From positions 228,249-292,248 of the forward strand of contig JAWQFM010000026.1 of NCBI GenBank assembly GCA_033442325.1: a stretch of DNA of 64,000 nt, in the 5' to 3' direction. Origin of the DNA: Salpingoeca rosetta (lineage: Eukaryota > Protista > Choanoflagellata). Of this stretch, positions 53,940 to 64,000 are shown in pieces. The position numbers were made by a program, and so were the translations under genes. The notes under the pieces are model-generated. The model was not told the DNA's origin. It did no database searches and saw nothing but the letters and a program-made list of their open reading frames with translations. Within the stretch, counting starts at the first letter, position 1, and the number at the start of each line of letters is the position of its first letter.

Positions 53940-54895
53940 ATCTTGAATGCGTGCGCAGGTATCTGAATGTGAAGGGAGCCGATGAGGGTGGTGATGGCGA
54001 TGATGACTGGAAGAAAGAGGACGTTGATCTGGCGGAAACCACGTTTGAGTTCCTGCCCTCCTCCCGCGACAGGCCTTACATGGAGCCAACGGTGCGTGCA
54101 GCAGAGCCTGCCGTGTATGCCAGGGCCGACAGCGAGGCGAACCGCTACAGCGACGTGGACTTCACGCAGCAGCCAGGTGTGCAGAGTGGTGGTCGCACGT
54201 ATCTAGAGCCCGTTGTGCCCACCGTCAACCCAACATACTCGCAGCCGCGCGTTGCCGATGCCAGCTCTGGCGGGCGCACGTATCTTGAGCCGGTGGTGCC
54301 GGGCGACAACGGTGGCGACACGTACGCGAGTGCGACATACGCAAACGCCAGCCTTTCTGGAAGCGCATATGTTGAGACGGCCACGCGCAACCGGTACGAG
54401 ACGGCCGGCCTCTACTCGCGGCCGCGGACGGAGGGCGGTGTGAGCATTCCACAGGCGTCCGACGCCACCACGCCATATGCGGAGCTTGGTGCGGACCACG
54501 TGCCGTACCAGACCAACGCTGACATCACTAACGAGATGAAGAGCCTGTTGATCCGGCAGGGGTACATCCCGGCCGATGAGGAAGGGGAGGAGGGCGACGA
54601 CTATGACTACGCGCGCCCAACACACGCCATCCCCGGGCAGATGGAGGAGGTGTACCAGACCCCGGACACGGGCCCAGTCTACGCTGAGGCCATGCCTGGC
54701 GCGGCAACATACTCAGAAGTCCCACGCCCAGGTGCAACGGCCCAGCAGCAGCAGCAGCAGGGGCTGGTGCCACCTGGTGCCGGGTTGCACGTGCCACGGC
54801 GTCGCACGGCACAGGCGGTGCAGAACAAGGTGTACGAATCCATGACGGAGGAGGAAACCGAAGAAGATGATGGCGACAAGGTGGACTTTGTCTAA
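42924..54895 (+). CDS. Large type-I single-pass membrane receptor: signal peptide, ~16 Ig-like beta-sandwich repeats, TM helix, kinase-less tyrosine-motif-rich cytoplasmic tail
   Basis: Signal peptide [21 protein letters not shown]. About 14 exons (first 42924-44509, large ones 46651-47863 and ~49770-53054, last 53959-54895). Repeat consensus D..PP.l..l......DT....v.v.v.DD.SGV..C...G.W.v..i.[31 protein letters not shown] followed by RKKRRRQK (~52920-53020). Tail has ~20 Tyr motifs. Confidence 0.88.
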
Positions 54896-55402
54896 CGTGG
54901 TGTGCACGTGTGTTGTGACGATGACGGTGATGTGCTGTGTATGATGTGTGTCGTGAGCATTTTGTGATGAGTTGTGCATGCTGCGTCTCGTCTCTGGACA
55001 GCATCGTTGTGACCATGGTTTGGTGTGGCGTTGTGGGGTTGTTCCAACAGTTACGTACGTACGTGTGTGTGTGTGTCTGTGTGTCTGTGTGTCTGTGTGT
55101 GCTGGGGCGGTTGTTTCTGATGCAAAAGGGACGCTTTGGACGACCCCCAAATATGATGATGGTACAAGAAGTGCTTTTGTTCTTTTAGCAGTTGTAGTCG
55201 TAGTTGCAGTAACTGGTGCAGTAAACAATTGTGACTGTGGCGGCTGGGAAACCAAGGGTGCAAAGGGCTAAGTGGGGTGTTACAGTTTCGTAGGTGGAGG
55301 GACGAGAGAGTGGGGGGGGGGGGGAGAGGGAGCTTGAGGCTACAAGATGCCACCAGCAGATTATTCGGCGTGCGTGTTGTTGTTGCTTTCCTGCTGCCAT
55401 TC

Positions 55403-58917
<3,515 letters not shown>

Positions 58918-59126
58918 TCACCGCCAATCAGACTTGCCTTTGTGATGTGATGTGTGCTGCTGTCCCTCCGTCGTGTTCTTTGTTGTGATGGCCTTGGATT
59001 GTACGCTATGGTGCTCCTGTATTACACTCTTGTGTTATTCTCGCTCCTCTCATTTGTCTCATCTCCTCGTTACATCAGGACAGTGCACATCTGTGATTGT
59101 GTTGTGTGTGTGTGATTGTGATTGTG

Positions 59127-59164
<38 letters not shown>

Positions 59165-59371
59165 TTGTGCTTGTATGTGTGTGATTGTGTACGTCAGCTT
59201 TCTTCATTTGCTTGTTTCAGGAATGGCGCATGCAAATCATGCTTGGTAATTGCACTCTTCCTTGTTTTTCAATTCGACCAACCCGCCTCACGCGTAGTGT
59301 GCGTGCCTGCACCCAAAGGATCAGATGCAATAAATTGATAGTTTGGGCCCGTGTTCCATTACATCATTCGC

Positions 59372-59450
<79 letters not shown>

Positions 59451-59708
59451 ACACACGTCTTGGTCTGTTAGCAGTTTACTGGTTGGTGAATAAACACTTG
59501 GGGGTCAGAGGTTGAACCGAACAGCACAGACAAAACCCGCCGCGGCGATGAAGGGGTTTCATGTGGGAAGCGCAACAGCACAAACGTTGACAACACGTGC
59601 AAGAGGAGGCTGTCTGTAGATATCAACACAATCACGGCGCCAGCAACACAAGCGTTGTGCGCGCACATGACAAACATTAAACACCAAAGGGGTGCTCATG
59701 GCACCCCT

Positions 59709-59816
<108 letters not shown>

Positions 59817-59876
59817 AGACACACACACACACACACACACACACGTAGACACACATCTCCAACAACACCGGCAACG

Positions 59877-60422
59877 TCAAGAGTAGACACGCTTGATGGT
59901 TTCGATGAGGGAGGACTCTCGCGATGAAGGCGCCACAAGCTCAAACGTGGGCACGGGCACGTGGAACAAACGTCCATCCTCGTCGTCCTGATGCAAGAAG
60001 GTGAAAAAGCCTCCCATCTTGCCTTGCTCCGAGTCCAGATACGTTTTGCTCGAGTACGAGAAGAAGGTCGACTCTTCGTTGAACGACGGCTCAAAGCCAA
60101 CGACGCCGCGGCCAGTGACCGTCTCCAGGTGCCCCTGGGAATCTTGCGTTATCCACGTACGCTGAATTAAATTCAACGGCATGGACGAGTGCGACTCAAT
60201 CAGGATCTGCCACATGCGCGTGTGCATGCGTGTGCGTGCGAGCATGGGTGTGTGTGCGTATGCATAAGTTAGAAGCAGAAATGGGTCAAAGAAAGCCAGG
60301 GTGGTGTCTGACGTTCAACCATACACAAGCACACACACACACACACACTCACACACGCACACGTAACACGCAACGCACACAAGCACAAGCACACACACAC
60401 ACGAGCACACAAGCACACACGC

Positions 60423-60477
<55 letters not shown>

Positions 60478-61009
60478 GCACACGCACCTTGTAGAACCAG
60501 TTGTGGCTGTGCCTGCCGCGCGCTGCGTAGAAGGGGATGGCCTTGATGGTAAAGTCACCAAACGAGAGTTCGTACACGACGTTCTGTGACAGCTCTCCCT
60601 CCACGCGCTCGGCCCAGCGCTCATGGACCGGCCGCGCCACCGCAACGGCGTCATCATCGCCGCTCGCGTGCACCTCGGGCTTGAAGAGGAGGTTGATGTA
60701 GTTGTTGTCAAACTGGGGGTCGCTGGGCTCATATGGCATGATGTCCTTGTGGGCAACGTAGTCCACGTACTCGATGGCTGGGTTGGACATGATGGGTGTG
60801 CGGCACGCAATGTTCGTCCGCGTATCCTGCGCAAAGTCTTGTCGATCAACCATCACCTGGTGTGTTTGGTGGGTTGGTGGTGGTGTGTGTGTTGGAAGCA
60901 CAAAGCATTTGGGCAGCAGTGTGGGGTGGGTGTGGAGAGTGACACGCACGAAAAGGTGCTCACAGAGAGAGAGAGTGTGTGTAGGTGTGTGTGTGTGACA
61001 GAGAGACAG

Positions 61010-61070
<61 letters not shown>

Positions 61071-62199
61071 GACACAGACAAGCACACCCAAAACAAACAA
61101 ACAACCAAACAAACAACGAAACAACCAACCAACCAAAACAGACACACACATACACAATCGCACGCACCTGATACCAGTACTGGCGCTCGAAGCGAAACGG
61201 AGTGGAGAAGCGAATAATGTCGCCATCAAGCGCGGGAAGCACGCGCATGTTCACGTCCGTCAGATCCCAGCTCTCCTGCACAAACCCAAACAGGTCGGTC
61301 CGGCCATCACACGCCTTGACCGCGGTAGAGTTTGGCACGACGATGGTCTGTTGCCCTCGTTGAAGGGGTTGATCTGATGCATGTGTGGACTCGCTACCCG
61401 CATCCTGCTGCTGCTGCTGTTGTTGTTGTTGCTGTTCAGATGCAGCCTTCTCTTGGTCGGCTGCGACCTTCCCTTGTTTCTTGGTTGAGGAAGACGGTTT
61501 CCTATGTGAGGCGTCAGCCGTGATGTCGTAGGCCCTCATGATGGCCTTGGCGTTGCGGCCCAACCCAAGACGGGCCACCGTGTCGGTGCCTTTGTGTTTG
61601 GACGAAAGCACGTCCGGCGGTTTGTCTGCCATCGGGCTCTGCGTGCGCCCTGTGTTTCCGTCCGCAGAGTTGCTGTCGTCGCTGCCGTCGCTGCCTTGGC
61701 TTGGTGTTGGCGGCGTAGCGGAAGCAGGTGTGGCGTTGTTGACATGCACGCCGAGCGCAGACAGCTCGTTCCGGGGAAGCACAACACTGCGGAGCTGGCC
61801 GCAGTCATAGATGATGGTGTCGGCCTTCCACACCGCAGTAATCACGCCGCGATAGCCGAGCTGCTCATGCACGAAGAACTGGCCCGCCTTGTATGGCTTG
61901 TCATTCGGCCGTGGAGGCGCGAGCTTGCCAAGCTCTTGCAGATGCCGCCGGGTGGATCTCAGTGCACACACACGACACGCAGAAGTGACGGGCAATGCGT
62001 GTTTGCTGGAGGTGGTTATTGCGCATGTTGTTGCTGCTCCTTCCAGTGATCCTGCTGTTGTTCTTGCTGCTGCTGTTGTTCTTGCTGCCGCTGTGAGCTG
62101 TGTGTGCCCGTGAAAGTGGCGTCTTCCCCGAGCACGTGCACGTCCAGCATCTCGCCCAACAACAAGGCTGCTCCACAACGCAGGCACACCACGTCGCAT
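59877..62199 (-). CDS. POLDIP2: Polymerase delta-interacting protein 2 (YccV-like + ApaG/DUF525 domains), 3 exons, probable mitochondrial presequence
   Basis: Exons 62199-61168, 60856-60488, 60206-59877. Motifs [94 protein letters not shown]. Arg-rich N-terminus. Confidence 0.92.
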
Positions 62200-62345
62200 G
62201 ATGGATGTGAAGGGGCTGTTGAGATGGCAGTTGTGTTTGTCTCTCGTCTCTTCTGTTGTCTTGTTTGTGTTCGTTCGTTGTGGTTGTGGAAATTTGCTGC
62301 ATGTTTTCACATAAATTTGAACACTGTTGTGTCTGTCTGTGTGTG

Positions 62346-62429
<84 letters not shown>

Positions 62430-62641
62430 CTTGGTGCTCTCTTGGTGCTCTCTGGTTGCTCTTCTGACGTGCAATGTCCATCGATTCTCGTTTATGGCAG
62501 TCGTTTCAGTTGTGTATGGTGGCGGACAAGGACGAGAAGATGAGGGTAGGAGGATTCAGAGGTTTAAGACGAAGAGGAAGGTGTCTGTTTTGGCATGTGC
62601 GCATGCGCACAGTCGCACAGTCGCGCACGGGTGCTTGTTGG

Positions 62642-62796
62642 TTAGTGGTCAGCCTTGCTGACGGTGAAGTAGGCGTGCACGTAGTCCATGCCGTGGTCGG
62701 TGGGCTTTTCGCTGATGCGCTCCGCATAGCGATCAAACAGCTCGTCCACCAGCTTGTCCCGCTCCTCCTCGCTGTTGGAGACATCCGGTGTTAGAG

Positions 62797-62850
<54 letters not shown>

Positions 62851-63699
62851 TTGGATCAGTGAATGAGGTCACAATATCCTCTTGTTCTCTTCTCTTAACA
62901 TGTCTTACCTGCTCACCTTTCACTTCACACAGAAACACACACACACACACAATCGCCACACACACACACACACACAATCGCCACACACACACACACATGC
63001 ACACACACACACACATGCACACACACACACACACACACAATCGCGCACACACACACCTGTGCTTGGGTGAGAGGCCGCTGCGGAAGGTGCTGTTGCTCCA
63101 GGTGCGAGTGGTTGGCACAAAGGTGCGCGCATAGTCCTTCGGCTTGATTTTGCCTGCAAGCAAGCTCTGGCGGAACGGGCAGGGCGTCACCCGCGTCTCC
63201 AGCCGGTCCAGTGAAAGAGAGGAGAGCTCGGCATCTGCAGGAATACAAGAGCATGGAAGAAAGCGCACAGGCAGACAGAAAGGGATGAGTTGGCTGTGAG
63301 ATGGGGACGCATGGCGAATGCAACGTGCTCGCAGGGTTTGTGTTTGCGCATGTGTGTGTGTGTGTTTGCGCATGTGTGTGGTGCCTTGGGAAGGGGAGGG
63401 GGTTGCACTGGTTGTTGCGAGTGTCACCACACACCCTCGCTCCAATCCAGCCTCCAACCAGCCACCACCTCCAAACACACCACTAACCAACAAGCACACT
63501 CCCTGGTGCCAAGCCATACAGACCGTGGAAAACGGCGCGGTGCTCGTCCTCAGTCCGGTACTGGTGCGGGAAGTTGGTGTTGGCAACCTCCTTGTCCGTG
63601 ATGAGCCCTTCCCGTGCCATGCCACGCCAAATCTCATTGAAGTTGGTGTGCATGCAGCCTTCACACAGAGAATTGGGTGCGCGCGCGTGGGTTTGTGTT

Positions 63700-63772
<73 letters not shown>

Positions 63773-64000
63773 GCGCGTATGTGTGTGTGTGTGTGTGTGT
63801 ATGTGCAGAAGTGATGTGAGCTGTATGGGTGTGCAAAGGGGGAGGAAAGACAATAATGAAAAAGGGCACGAGTTTGAGGGGACCGCGTAAGGGCCGTGCA
63901 GCCGCAATGAAAGCCACCCCCCCCCTCTCTCTCTCTCTAACACAAAAAAACCCACCACGACTCACTTGGGGTCTTGTGCGTGTGGCCGAGGAACTGGCCG
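62642..64000 (-). CDS. SAM-dependent carboxyl methyltransferase (SABATH / Methyltransf_7-like), 3' part; runs off the window
   Basis: Exons >64000-63966, 63658-63524, 63235-63057, 62771-62642 give GQFLGHTHKTPSCMHTNFNEIWRGMAREGLITDKEVANTNFPHQYRTEDEH...CPFRQ..YARTFVPTTRTWSNSTFRSGL...ERDKLVDELFDRYAERISEKPTDHGMDYVHAYFTVSK. The G(L)I...P.yYR(T/S).eE and R(S/T)WS blocks are typical of the SABATH C-terminal half. Confidence 0.75.

Overview
Intron-rich, microsatellite-dense eukaryotic DNA with five assembly gaps. Gene content, GT/CA-laden short introns and the TPR gene family suggest a choanoflagellate, most likely Salpingoeca rosetta (inference). Genes were reconstructed by reading exons across GT-AG introns. 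In order: (1) a 5'-partial presequence protease (PITRM1/Cym1) that stops short of its C-terminus and splices in frame into (2) an unrelated protein resembling the non-ASCH parts of plant ASCH-domain proteins; (3, 4) two tandem paralogues with an N-terminal TIR/HET-like domain plus TPR repeats, the second with 14 TPR units (most near-identical and shuffled) and a PH domain; (5) TMCO1; (6) a Cys-type glutathione peroxidase; (7) an Abl-like SH3-SH2 tyrosine kinase; (8) a ~3,850-aa protein with an RS-rich N-terminus, a GREB1-like glycosyltransferase domain and a C-terminal 8-Cys zinc-binding module; (9) a large single-pass receptor with ~16 Ig-like repeats and a kinase-less, tyrosine-motif-rich tail; (10) an SLC38-type amino-acid transporter; (11) POLDIP2; (12) the 3' part of a SABATH-like methyltransferase. 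The best candidate for an undescribed system is the TIR/HET-TPR receptor family with internally recombining repeats. Next are the GREB1-like/zinc-finger protein and the kinase-less pTyr receptor. All family assignments come from recalled motifs; no database searches were run.
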